This document shows positions 37,301-48,654 of a stretch of 63,551 nucleotides of DNA, one piece after another; within the stretch, counting starts at the first letter, position 1; every line of letters starts with the position of its first letter. Both the position numbers and the translations under genes were made by a program. Where the stretch lies: the NCBI GenBank assembly GCA_029717555.1, contig JAMDHS010000109.1, forward strand, positions 1-63,551. The letters are read 5' to 3'. Origin of the DNA: Peribolospora baueri (taxonomy: Eukaryota). The notes beneath the pieces are model-generated. The model was given only the letters and a program-made list of their open reading frames with translations. It was not told where the DNA came from and ran no database searches.

Positions 37301-37388
37301 CATCTGTGCGAAGTCGTAAGCCTTGCGCGAGTCCCGCGCAGGGAATTTCTCATCATCGTTCGGCACGTAGGGCCGAAGCAACGCCGAG
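37301..37388 (-). mobile_element. Integrase-to-chromodomain linker fragment
   Basis: Minus strand reads SALLRPYVPNDDEKFPARDSRKAYDFAQM, the segment expected between ...FHS and SDQEWF. Confidence 0.8.
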
Positions 37389-38019
37389 GGATTCATTTTT
37401 GCTGTTCTTCAAACGCCCTTATTATAAAATGTTTTATGTTGTATTGGAACGATTAACTGCCGCCCATACTGCTCAAGGACGCCTTACCTACAGGGACTGC
37501 CCAGTGAGCAGTGGCTCCTCGTCGGTTGTGGCTGCGCCAGAGAGACGGCTTGCAAACGACCGGACTCACAATCAAAAGGACACCGGCAAGTCATGTAGTT
37601 CAAAACTGCTTCACGCGGGGGAAGACTGTCCGTACCCCAGCCCTTCTCGAAATGGTGATAGGTACACCGCTGCGCGAGTACCATCGTACTCCCAGTGCCG
37701 CTGACCTGAAGCCATCTCAAGACGCCCATCGTCGTGCACGCCGGGACAGGAGGCGGGCGTTAGGCCTCTCTATCAAACGCACATAGATTTATAAATAATA
37801 CATCAACTATACTAAGTGTATTATTTGGCCATTGGCCGCAGTCAGAAGAGATAAATAGGGTTAGGGTCAGACACGGCGATTCTGTACAAGACCTTCACAG
37901 GACGACTGCGGAAGTGCTTCCGACTCGCCAGATCTTCCACGGACCCTCTCATTGTCGCTCAAGGCAGCGCGCAAGGCACCAATCCATCAAGGCAACTTCT
38001 CAAGCCAACCCAAAAGAAA

Positions 38020-39389
38020 ATGTGGGTTCTTGATTATGTTGGGCGGATTCGCCAGAGTGTGGTGATTTGGTTGATCTGACGGACGGTACTATCGCCGCTC
38101 CACTCGGCTTTGCGTTCGCTCTCGCTCAGGTCTGAGGCTCCTCGTGGTCGCGGTGGTTTCGGTAGGGGCAGGGGTGGCAGGGGCGGCCGAAGGGGCCCCC
38201 GCCGCGGCGGTCGCAGGGATGAGGAGAAGGAGTGGGTTCCCGTGACGAAGCTCGGCAGGCTGGTCAAGTGAGTGTAGTCGTCAGATGGCATGCCCAAGTC
38301 GCGATGGATGGACGAGGAGGGCTGAGCAACGGCTAGAGGCTGAACGAAGTCGTCTCTCTGGTAAACAACGACGCGCTCACGCTACAGGGACGGCAAGATC
38401 AAGTCTATTGAGGAGATCTACCTCTTCTCCATGCCCGTCAAGGAGTACCAGATCATCGACTTCCTCCTGCCCAAGCTCAAGGACGAGGTTATGAAGATCA
38501 TGCCCGTCCAGAAGCAGACCCGCGCCGGTCAGCGCACCCGCTTCAAGGCCTTCGTCGCCATCGGTGACTTCAACGGTCACCTTGGCTTCGGCGTCAAGTG
38601 CGCCAAGGAGGTCGCTACTGCCATCCGCGGCGCCATCGTTCTCGCCAAGCTCTCCATCATCCCCGTTCGTCGCGGTTACTGGGGTAACGCTCTCGGTGAA
38701 CCGCACACCATCCCCATGAAGGTGTCCGGCAAGACCGCCTCCGTCATGTGCCGTCTCATCCCCGCTCCCCGTGGTACTGGCCTCGTTGCCGCTCCCGCGT
38801 CCAAGCGCATGCTTCAGCTTGCCGGTGTTCAGGACTGCTACACCCAGTCTGCTGGTCAAACGTGAGTCTTGTTCAGCTGAGCGTCAGCTGCTGTTGGGCT
38901 TTGAAGGATTTCATTCCTGACGGCCCTTTCTTCCTTCAATTCAAATTTTCGGGTGCCGACAGCGCGACTATGGGCAACTTCGTGAGCAGTCTTGTGATTT
39001 ATGGCATCCGCGATACAGAGCTGACTTTTTCGTCTTTACGAATATTTTCCCGCTGGAACGACGTCTTGCGATCTACAGTTGAAAGGTGAGCATGCTGTCG
39101 CTGTCTTCGTTAGCATGATCAATCCTCGATCGGCTGTACTGACTGTTATCCCTTTTTGCTCCTCGTCGCAATAATAGCCACCTTCGAGGCAGTGTCCAAG
39201 ACGTACGCCTTCCTGACTCCCAACCTCTGGCGCGAGATCGCTCCTCCTCCGGTGAGTGCTAGAAGTCGTGTTGTTCTAGGCGTTTCCTATGTGCTCATGA
39301 CATCCGTGCATCCCTCATGATCCCTGCAGGCGCCCTACGACGAGTTTTCGACCCATCTTGCTCAGGCGGGCAAGAAGGCCGTCTACTGA
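38020..39389 (+). CDS. RPS2: 40S ribosomal protein S2 (uS5), multi-exon
   Basis: RGG-rich N-terminus, [101 protein letters not shown]. Confidence 0.97.
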
Positions 39390-39497
39390 GCTGCTCTCGG
39401 TTCCATATAGGCTTCCTCTCGTCATGTCACACTAGCCATTTTCTAAATGCATTCGCTTCAGATCCCATCCGATCGGATCCGTTCGTCTCGCATCCTC

Positions 39498-40337
39498 TCA
39501 AGGCCAGCCTACAAGCTTGAGCCAGGCCCCCAACTTGTCCACGCACTGATCCTCTTCCTCATTAATCAGGAAATGTCCCGTCTCGTCGTCCGATGGCGTG
39601 ACTCTGGAACGCCTTGGGATCTCTCACGAAGTCCGCCCACACGCGGTCGACGTCGAAGCGGCGCCGGAGGTGGGCGGAAGAGAGGATAAGCGTGGGGCAC
39701 ACGATGGGTGGCTCGGCGGGGCGGAGGTGAGGAGCGATTGAGGAGGACAGGTCATCGTGCAAGTCGACCGTGGCGCCAGCCCGATACTGGAAACGATCAT
39801 GGGTAGAGTAAGGCGTGTCTGAAAGAAAATGGCGAAGCGCTTTATGCGCAGAAAGAGAGCAGGACCAGCGCTCACGTCTTCACATGCGCCTTGAATGCAC
39901 TAGGGCGCATCGATATAAGGTCGCGAGGCGTCTTGGATGGCCTGTTCGAAGTCGACCTTGCGCTCCATCTTCCACCTCGCCCCAGCCCACGACTGGATGG
40001 TGAAAAGCAATGTGCCCTCTCAGGCTTGCCTTGAATGAGCATTTCGGCTGCTGGGCTGGCGAGGAAAATCCAGTGGTAGCTCTTCATCATCTCGCCCCAT
40101 CACCCCCCTCCCATCGAGCCTGTCGCCCGGACCGCTCTCCTTGGCGACGCCGTCCATGGCCGCCCAGACGTAGCTGCCCGGCACAATGTCTAGGAACACC
40201 ACGCCAGCGACGCGCTCGGGGAAGGCGACAGCGAGGTTATAGGCCAAGCGACCGCCGCGATCGTGTCCCAGCGCGATGAACGGGAGCCGAGGCCGAGGGC
40301 AGAGATGAGGTCGACAACGTCCTTTGCCACCGCGCGC
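39498..40337 (-). pseudogene. Alpha/beta hydrolase of haloacetate dehalogenase type, 5'-truncated and disrupted
   Basis: RAVAKDVVDLISALG, GHDRGGRLAY (Asp nucleophile), LDIVP, YHWIFLA, ACED|YRAGATVDL, ETGHFLINE; frameshifts and an in-frame TAG at 39902-39900; no N-terminal third. Confidence 0.8.
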
Positions 40338-40784
40338 ACGAGTACCGCAAGTACAAGCTCCGGGACAGCGTGAAAAGGCTGTGGCTCTATGAGGTCAAGC
40401 CTGTCTCCGCCATTACGTGCGTTTTTCCTTCGGTCGATGATCGAGACCTAGTGCCTCATCCTCTGTCGAGAGTCTCGCTGGCAGCCATCCTGCCAGCTTG
40501 CGACGATCTGACGACTCTTCGTCCACCACAACCTGATAAACAGCCACGTTATCGAGGTTGGCCCTGCAAGACGACCGGGAGAAGTGCGCGACCCGAGCGG
40601 AATAGGGAACGACGACTTCGATGCGGGACGTAAGTTATCCAAGTACGGCTATCCCGTGTTAGGCATGTATCGACTCGATCGGCCCCTCGACTTGCGCGTG
40701 CTCAAGGAGTGGCTCGGCGTCGCGCCGCCGCAGGCGTTCATGTACGTGCCGAGTGAACTGTGCGAAGGCGTGAAGGTGTTTTGA
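40337..40784 (+). pseudogene. 5'-truncated fungal protein of probable PUA/ASCH-like type
   Basis: Begins abruptly HEYRKYKLRDSVKRLWLYEVKPVSAIT, intron, then VIEVGPARRPGEVRDPSGIGNDDFDAGRKLSKYGYPVL...PPQAFMYVP; no start codon or N-terminus. Family assignment is from memory of motif shape. Confidence 0.6.
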
Positions 40785-41844
40785 TTCGATGGGGCCACGG
40801 TCGGCCATGAACTGCATCATCTCTCTCGTGCACCGATGACTCTTCTGATACCCCTTTGGAACGCCCAATGCAGCGTTGTCAGGGGCCGTGTCCACCAGGT
40901 CGAGCTGTACGACCACCTCGAGGCCGGGCCTCTTGTGGAGAAAGGCCCAAGCAAGATGGAAGGCGAGCGCAAAGCAAATAATCGTCCCAGCGTGTGGCGA
41001 GCTGTTCTGCTGAGCGCCGATGTGGAGCATCGATTTTCTCGACTCGTGTGAGTCATTTGTCTCGGAGAGAGACGCAGGAGCCACGCGAGTGTCTGGAGGG
41101 ATAAACCGACGAGGAGGAGCGAGTCGATGAAGTCGCGCTTCCATACGTAGCCTCCCAAGCCCAGGGGGTTATGGACGGCATAGTCGTGTTAAAGAAGTGG
41201 CATTTTGCTGGTGTCAGGGCGCGCGCTTTAACAAGGCATTTCGGTAGCACTGTTATTCGCAGCTGAGACCGGTTCCCTCATACTCCGGTTACGAAAGTCG
41301 GCAAGCCTCGTAGATGCAAAGAAGCAGGTGTTGCCTTCGAGAAGCAAATTGCGCATCGACCTGGACCTGCGATGAAGATCGGGAATGGCTGAAGGAGTGC
41401 ACACACCTGTGAGAAGAGTGGTCGAAGAAGGAGGAAGCTCGGACTGTCTATAAGTGCCCCGAGCTCGCACTGCAAAACATCTTTATGAACACCCAGACCC
41501 AGTTGATGGGGATAGAGAGTCGGACTGAGCCGTCCTTCCCGCGCACCGGCCACGCGACCCGCCGCGCAAGAAAGTAAACGCCCGTGATACGCACGTGATA
41601 TTTAAACTGCGGCGATCCTGCTTACATGGCCCTTCGATCGCGCGTGCCATCTCCGAGCTGGATCCGCGTCTCGCTGTCTTCGAGCTCGTCGTTCGTGTCA
41701 AATCCGTCCCTGGCCGGGATCAAGGCAAATAGGCACCGTCGGCCGTCGTTGACCCTTCTTTCTCTCTCCACCGCTCGACCTCATCTCGACAGTTCTCTGG
41801 CATCGCACAGAGAGCGCTCTAGGTCAAGCGAGAACTGATCCATC

Positions 41845-44800
41845 GTGGCCAAGAAGAAGAACAAGGGTGACCAGAAGCGCGAACGCTCCTCCGCCCCCGG
41901 CCTTCACGCGTCCCCCTCGCCATCGCCGTCGCTGGGCCCCGCGGAAGTGGACCTTCAAATCGGCGTTGGCATCGACCCGACCCTGTCGCCGGCCTCTGTC
42001 AGCCCGCTACCCGCTATGCCATCCGAGCCAGTGCCTCCACCCAGGGAGGTGCTCGACCTCCCCGTGCCCATGCTCACCGCGATTCGCTTCACCGACGTCG
42101 CCCAAGCCGTCGTCAGCGTCGTGTATCGCATTTTGGTTTATCTTTTCTTGAGATGGGTGAGTGAGCGCGCACGGCCCTTGTATTCTATTTACGGACATGT
42201 TTCCTGCCCCGTGGTTTTATGCGCCGCGTCGAGACGACCTGCTGACGTCGTCTTCGTTCGACCTTTGGCGATGACAACATATGCAGATTCCCGGTCGCTT
42301 CGGCCCCAAGCTCATCATCCCCCTCTACATCCTCTTCCTCGTCTTGTCACTCTACCACGACCAACTACTCCTCTCTTGGACAGCACGCGTAGTTGCCGCC
42401 GCTGGTCTTGACACCAACCGATCGGCGGACCCGATCGTGAAGGAGCTGGCTGAGCGCGTCGAGGTCGTGGCCGGTACGTTGGAGGGTAAGGAGGTGGATG
42501 TGGCGGTCGAAAAGGAGGTAATCGGTATAGAAAAGGAGGATGAAGGCATTGCAAAGGCGGAGAAGCCGAGCTACGCTGCCGTGGCCAAGGCCGGCACCTC
42601 GGAAGATCTCTCTGCCGAGAAGCCCAAGAACGGGGAGGAAATCGTCATTTCCAAGGAACTCGCCGTCGTCTCTCCCGCTCCGCCTCCTCCGGCTCCCGTC
42701 GCTCGCCCGCCGGGTCTGTTCTCAGGACTTCTGGGTCTACCCACCCTGTCTCGCCCGTTCAACATGTTCGTCCTGCTCTTGCACAGCCTTATCTTCCTCG
42801 TTTTCCTCGACTCCCTCCTCTCTCCTGTCTTGCCCTTCACCGCTCCCGGAGGCTATACCACGTCGACCAGCACGCTCACCTTTGCCAGGACTGGTGGCAT
42901 GGGTCCTCACTGGGCGCGCATTCACGTACGCTACCCTTTCTTCGAGACCGCTCTGATCGACCAAGAGGACGTGGAGGACATGCGCATCGCCGAGGACATC
43001 GAGGCCGAGATCAGCGGACGCGACAGGGAGCTCGGCGAGCGGCGCCGGGAGGGCGTGAAAGTGGTGTATAGGGAGAGGAACAAGGCGAGCGCCAAGTGGG
43101 AGCTCGGCAAAAGCAAGCATGATCAGGTGGCTTGGGTCAGTCCGGAAACCGACTGGACGGGCTCGGTGAGGTTGGATGGACTGGAGCCGGCTACGGAGTA
43201 CGAGTACCGACTCGCGTTCCTCAACAACACCTTCGCTCCGTATCCCGTCACATCGCTCACCTTCGTCACCTTCCCGGACCCTCGCGGTTTCACGATCCTT
43301 CCTTCGAGAGAAAAAGCCGTGCCCTACGGCCCTTTGCCGAACCCGAACCCTGTTGACGATCCGGCGCACTTCAGTTTCGTCGCCACGAGCTGCACCAAGC
43401 CCGACTTCCCCTACCCTTGGATCCCCAGCTGGGTGCCTCTATTCGGCAAGGGCTCAGCGGGGAGGAACGTGTTGCATGGCGCAGCTCTCATGGCCGAGAA
43501 GCTCATCGAAGGGATCGGGAAGGAGACGGACGGAGGGAAAAGAAGAGGAAGCGCGGTCCGGTTTTTGTTGTTCCTTGGGTGAGTAGGTGGAGGTCTCTAA
43601 ACTTAACGATTGATTCGATTAGCCTTCCCAGGAGCATGCGCTAAGTGTGCGCTCTATTTCTCTTTCACAGCGACTTCATCTACGCGGATGTGCCCTTCTT
43701 CGCCGGACCGTCGCTCGAAGCCTATCGCCGACTGTACCGCAACATGTTCGCCAGTCTGAGTTTCCGAAGGATTTATGAGCGGATACGTGAGCAGAGGAGC
43801 TAGGGGGCCACTTTCTTGGATTGTTTCGTTTCGACTGGCTGTGAGATTAAGTTTTCTCCGACTTCTACTCCGTACAGCCGTCCTGTCCATCTACGACGAT
43901 CACGAGATCAGCAACAACTACGCCGGCCTCGGCAACGACACGTCCCACGCAGAGTTCCGGCCCGCTGAGCGAGCTTGGAAGGAGTATCTCGGCCAGGCGA
44001 ACCCGGAGCCTTTGCGGGAGAACGCGAATTACTACACTTTCCGGTGAGCGTCGGCGTCTCACTCCGTCGACGAGATGGATCTCTGTAGTGCTCACGTCCA
44101 CTTACCACTCGCTCGGACCCACAGCTACGGCGACACAGCGTTCTTCGTGTGGGATACGCGCCGCTACCGCTCCAGCGCCTCCGCTCCAGATGACTCGTCC
44201 AAGTCGATGCTGGGCCAAGAACAGAAGGAAGATTTCCTGCGGTGGCTCGGGGCCGTGAACTCCACCGCCACGTTCAAGTTCATCGTGTCTTCCATACCTT
44301 TCACTTCGATGTGGAAGGGCCCTGACGGACACAAGGACACTTGGGCCGCGTACATGACGGAGAGGAATGAGCTGATGGACGTGATGCAATACGTGCCCAA
44401 CGTCATCGTCCTGTCGGGTGATCGGCACGAGTTCGCCGCGACCTCATTGAGGGACACGGGTGAGTTTCTCTCTGCTCGTTGTGGGCGCCGTCATCCTCAC
44501 TCACCTCTGACCGGGCGACAAAAATTTTCCCCGTCCTTTGTCGTTCGCAGTCCTCGAATTCTCTACGTCGCCACTCAACCAGTTCTACGTGCCCGTCAGG
44601 ACCATGAGCGAGAATAACTCTCTGGGGTACGAAGGAGAGGAGAAGGTGCTTAAGGTGAGACTGGATCGGCGACGCGATGTCCGGTGCACGTACGTTCAGA
44701 GAGACGGATTGCCCGTGCTTATCAACCGTGCCACGATTCCCGCAGTATTTGCCCGACGGGAATGTCAAATGGACGACTTTCGAAGTCGACACACGCGACC

Positions 44801-44961
44801 CTCTGGAGCCGGTGCTGCGCGTCAAGGTGACTATTGACGGCGAAGACAAGTGGCACGTGGACGTGGTTGGCAAGCCCGTCAAGGAGCCCAGTGTCGCCCT
44901 CGGAGGGTTGAGCAAGACGCTACAGGAGCTCCTAACCTTTTTGCCTCGCCCGTGGTTCTAA
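41845..44961 (+). CDS. Membrane-anchored PhoD-family alkaline phosphatase/phosphodiesterase; apparent GTG start
   Basis: N-terminal TM segments; LDGLEPATEYEY, FVATSCTKPDFPY, LLFLG|DFIYADVP, IYDDHEISNNY, FFVWDTRRYRS, TFKFIVSSIPF, DTWAAY, VLSGDRHEF, EFSTSPLNQFY. Confidence 0.9.
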
Positions 44962-46007
44962 ACGCCCCCACGGGCTTGCCCGGCGGGCGACGAAAGACGC
45001 GGAAGCGCCGGTCCCAACAAGCGAAGATAAGAGGCGAAAAATGGAATTTTGTCCACACAAGCAACGATCCGCACTAGCTTTTCCCCTTCGTATTATTTTC
45101 CTTCCGCTTTTGCTCCCTCGTTTTTTTTTGGTCTCTCGCTCGTACGTCCACCCTAATGAGTCCTTCTTGATCCATCTGCCTACCCACGTTTGCTGGCTTA
45201 AACGCCCGAACAGAACCGTATCTTTCAGGGGTTCTGTATGTCGTTCTCGAGTTGCGTCCTGTCCCTTCTTCAAGTCATGCAAGTAGATGATGACGAAATG
45301 CCCTGGCCGAGCCCCCATCTGACGGACGCGAGAAAGACCGGGTGCGCCACGGACCTGTTCCAGTCAACGTTACGTGTCGAGGGATAGTCGAGAGATACCC
45401 CATCATCGAAAGGTGCGGCGGGGTAACCTCGCCCGACTGTCAACGGGGAACCTGCGACATCCGCGACCTCCACTGCCTCTCGTGTCGCGGCAAGCAGTTG
45501 ACATACAACAGACATACATACGTACATACATACAAACAGACAGACAGACATGGGACACGGGCAGACCCTGCGCCGCGCACAGAGGCTTCGCACTTGGTTC
45601 GTGAAGGGTGAGGGGGCAAAGGTCATAAAGAGGTAGCAGGCGTCCGCTCCGCGTCCGGTGGGCGGGCGGATGAGGGAGAGAGGGGTGGGGGCAAATCGGG
45701 ACGCGGCGAAGGGCCCGCGGCCCCCCGCCCACACTTTGGTTTGCTGGTTTGCAGGCGCGCACGCGCGCGGTCCGACTAGTTCCGTCAGAGTTGGCAAAAC
45801 ATGGGGCTTTCGCGAGACGTATGATGATATGACATGGATATTGCGAAGACGAGGGAAGAAAGAAAGGAAAAGTACAGAATGGGGCTGGACTTCGGAATTC
45901 GAGGAGAGGCGTCGGACTTTTTTCCTGTTCAGTGAGCGATGGGCATCCCTGTCTCACGCAAACCGAACCGAACGGAACGGATCGAGTAAAGTCAGACGAG
46001 AGAAGAC

Positions 46008-48654
46008 TCATCGCATAGGACGAGCTGATGGTCCGGGAGAGAGAAGGGGCATGGAGAAAGAAGAAAGAGGCAAAACTCGCCTTGCGCCGCTCGGAGCCTC
46101 TTGCCGCCGTAGACGAGCCCGATGAACAGGGAGAATCCGAGAACGACGTTGAGCACGGTTTGTGTGACGAGCGATGCGATGTAGCCGTCCTTATCTGCCC
46201 ACTCGACGCTAGTAGAGGCGAGGCGAGGCGAGCGAGCGACGAACGAACGAATCACGACGGGTCAGCGCGACGACGACGACGTCGGTCTCAACTTGCGGAG
46301 GACGACGTGGGGGCATCCTACGTACTAGAAGTACGGCACGGCAAACGCAAAGGCGCACTTGACAAAGTTGAAGCTGTGAACGAGCGAGAGGTGAGGAAGG
46401 AAGACGGCGAAGAGGAGGAAGAAGGAAGGTGCCTCTTGGCTCACATTGCCACGCCGTTCATCGACTCGCTGACGTACGTGTCAACGATATAAGTCTGTAA
46501 CAGCGTCCGAAAAGACAGCCCGTCAATTCCGTTCGGGCGAGCGGCGCGGCACGGCGCGGCGCTTACCTGGACGACGCCGGCAGCGGCAACGCTTCCGACC
46601 CAGTAAATGGCGAGGCCGACGATCGGCACCGGCCACTCGAGGCGCTTGGCGACGCCGACGCCAAACATGAGTAAGCCAGCGGCGAGGAAGGGGAGGATGG
46701 GTAGCTGTTGGACGAAGAAGCGAGAGAGAGGGGCGAAGCGCGTCTCGATCGATCGATCAAAATCAACTCTTCCTTCGACCTTCTTTTCGCACTCAACCTC
46801 GAACTCCGCGCCGCGAACTCACGAGAAACCACATCCTGTACTCGGGCTCGCGAATACCGCCATTGCGTCGGACGAGGCGGGCGACCAGCGAATCGGCCAT
46901 GACGCCGCCGCCAATCTTGCCAATGACGCCTCCGATCAGGGCCGATAAAAAGAGGAGGCCGACCATGCTCGACTTGAAAGCGTAGGGCGGTTCGGCGAAG
47001 ACGAGTGGAATGGCCACGTTGACGCCTACGCTCCACCCAAAGACGAGAGAGTACCACACGGAGGGCAGGAGGATGGGCAGGTAGGTGAACATGACGAGCG
47101 GCCGGAGCGTCATCATAAGAAACTGGCGACGCAGGTGAGATCTGGTGTCAGGCCAGGGTCGTGGAAAGTTTCACGGAAGGACGTACTCACCGTTTTGGGA
47201 CGGTGCCAAGGCATCCACACCGCTCCGAGCTTTCCAGTGTAGGTCACAGGGGACAAGTCGGCACCCTCTCCTGTGCTCCCACTCGATGTCATACGACGGG
47301 TGTACAGAGCTGATGGCCAAAGGGACGACAAAATGAGAAGTGACACAAAAAAAAACTCGAGAACAGACAATCGGCTCCTCACTTTCCGGGACGAACAAGA
47401 CGATCAGCACCAGGCTGGCGGCGGCCAAGATGATGCCGAAGTAGTAGAGCCATTGCCAGCGCAAATGCTCAAGCATGAAGCCGCCGATGACGGGCCTGCA
47501 AAAGTAGAAGGGACGGCAGGGATCAGACCGTGTTTAAAGCAAGGGGGGGGATGGGATCGGAACTTACGCAGTCACCGGGCCGCCCGCAACAAACAAAGAC
47601 CAGAAGGCGACGGCGAATCCACGGTGCTCCTTGGAGAAGATGTCGGAGGCGGTGGTGGCGCCGAGGGTCAGGGGTGCCGCTCCTAAAAAGCCGATGACGA
47701 AGCGGGAGGCGTAGAAAGAGGCAAAGCTCTTAGTAAAGGCGGGCCAGAACATGGTCGCAAAATACAAGGTGGCGGACAAGATGTCTGCATGATGAAGGAC
47801 GGCTGGCCGTGAGCGGAAGGTCGGGCGGGCGCCGCGCGCGCTACGACGACGAGACGTATAGAGGGAGGGAGGACCAAACAAGCTTACAAGTGGGGCGACG
47901 GCCTACCGTCTTCGAAAGGGGGCCGTAGAAGAGAGGGCCAATGCCGGTGCCAAGAATGGTCAAGCCTTGAACGAAAAATTGGCCCACCGCGGGCGGGTAA
48001 GAACGGGGCCAAGTCGAACGCGCTCGGGGGATATGCAAGTTTGCAGCAGCGTCAAGACCCCACTCACCGAGCGAGTCGGCGCTTGCGGGTATACTGACGT
48101 GGTAATACTTGGCCACCTGGGGACCCGAGGGTCAGGGCGAGTGCGACAAGGTGATCAGCCCGACGGCGCGACACACAGCCACAGCCACGTCCGCCCGTGT
48201 CTGAGAGCGACGTACGGGTACAATAGCAATGATGTGGGCCGCGGCGCCGTAGTTAACTTGGGTGGCAAGGGAAGCGTCGGCACGACTCGGTCAGTCGTGG
48301 TCGGGTCGTTCGAGAGCGAGCTATGAGAAGGACTCACCGGAGGCGGCGCTGAAGGAGACGATGAACAAGATGAGAAGCTTTCGCCAAGTGGGCATGTTCT
48401 GCCGACCGGGGATTAGAATATGTGTCAGGATACGGTCGGGGCGACCGGGGAAGGCCAAACGGCCCGCCTGTCTCCCTTCCGGTGCTCCCTTCTCCTTGAC
48501 TTGTCCCCGGGCGACTCACCTGGGGATCGGCGGGATCATCGCTGACGACGTCCGTTCCTGGGTCGATGGCAATACCGCTGTCACACGCCTGAGGAGTCTG
48601 GGACTGGGTCAGGCTGCCCTTCTCCGCGGCGTCTGCGGCTAGGGAAAGGGACAT
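46008..48654 (-). CDS. Major facilitator superfamily transporter (DHA1-like), multi-exon
   Basis: DDPADPQ|NMPTWRK, GIGPLFYGPLSKTVGRRP, RFVIGFLGAAPLTLGATTASDIF..EHRGFA, WQWLYYFGII...LFVPE, RRNGGIREPEYR, TYIVDTY, YGGKRLR. Confidence 0.88.

Noticed and set aside
36037..37704. Single 555-aa ORF as a domesticated integrase fusion
   Set aside because: Its N- and C-terminal parts are antisense read-through of the chromodomain and linker pieces, it starts at TTG, and only 36301-37300 is real integrase.
37389..37800. Possible gene or TE remnant between the integrase and the RPS2 promoter
   Set aside because: No recognisable motif in any frame.
38268..38390. Intronic C/D box snoRNA in RPS2
   Set aside because: CTGA motifs are present but there is no convincing RTGATGA C box or terminal stem.
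40785..41550. Several 70-160 aa ORFs on both strands, possibly a decayed gene
   Set aside because: No family motif or consistent exon structure could be supported.
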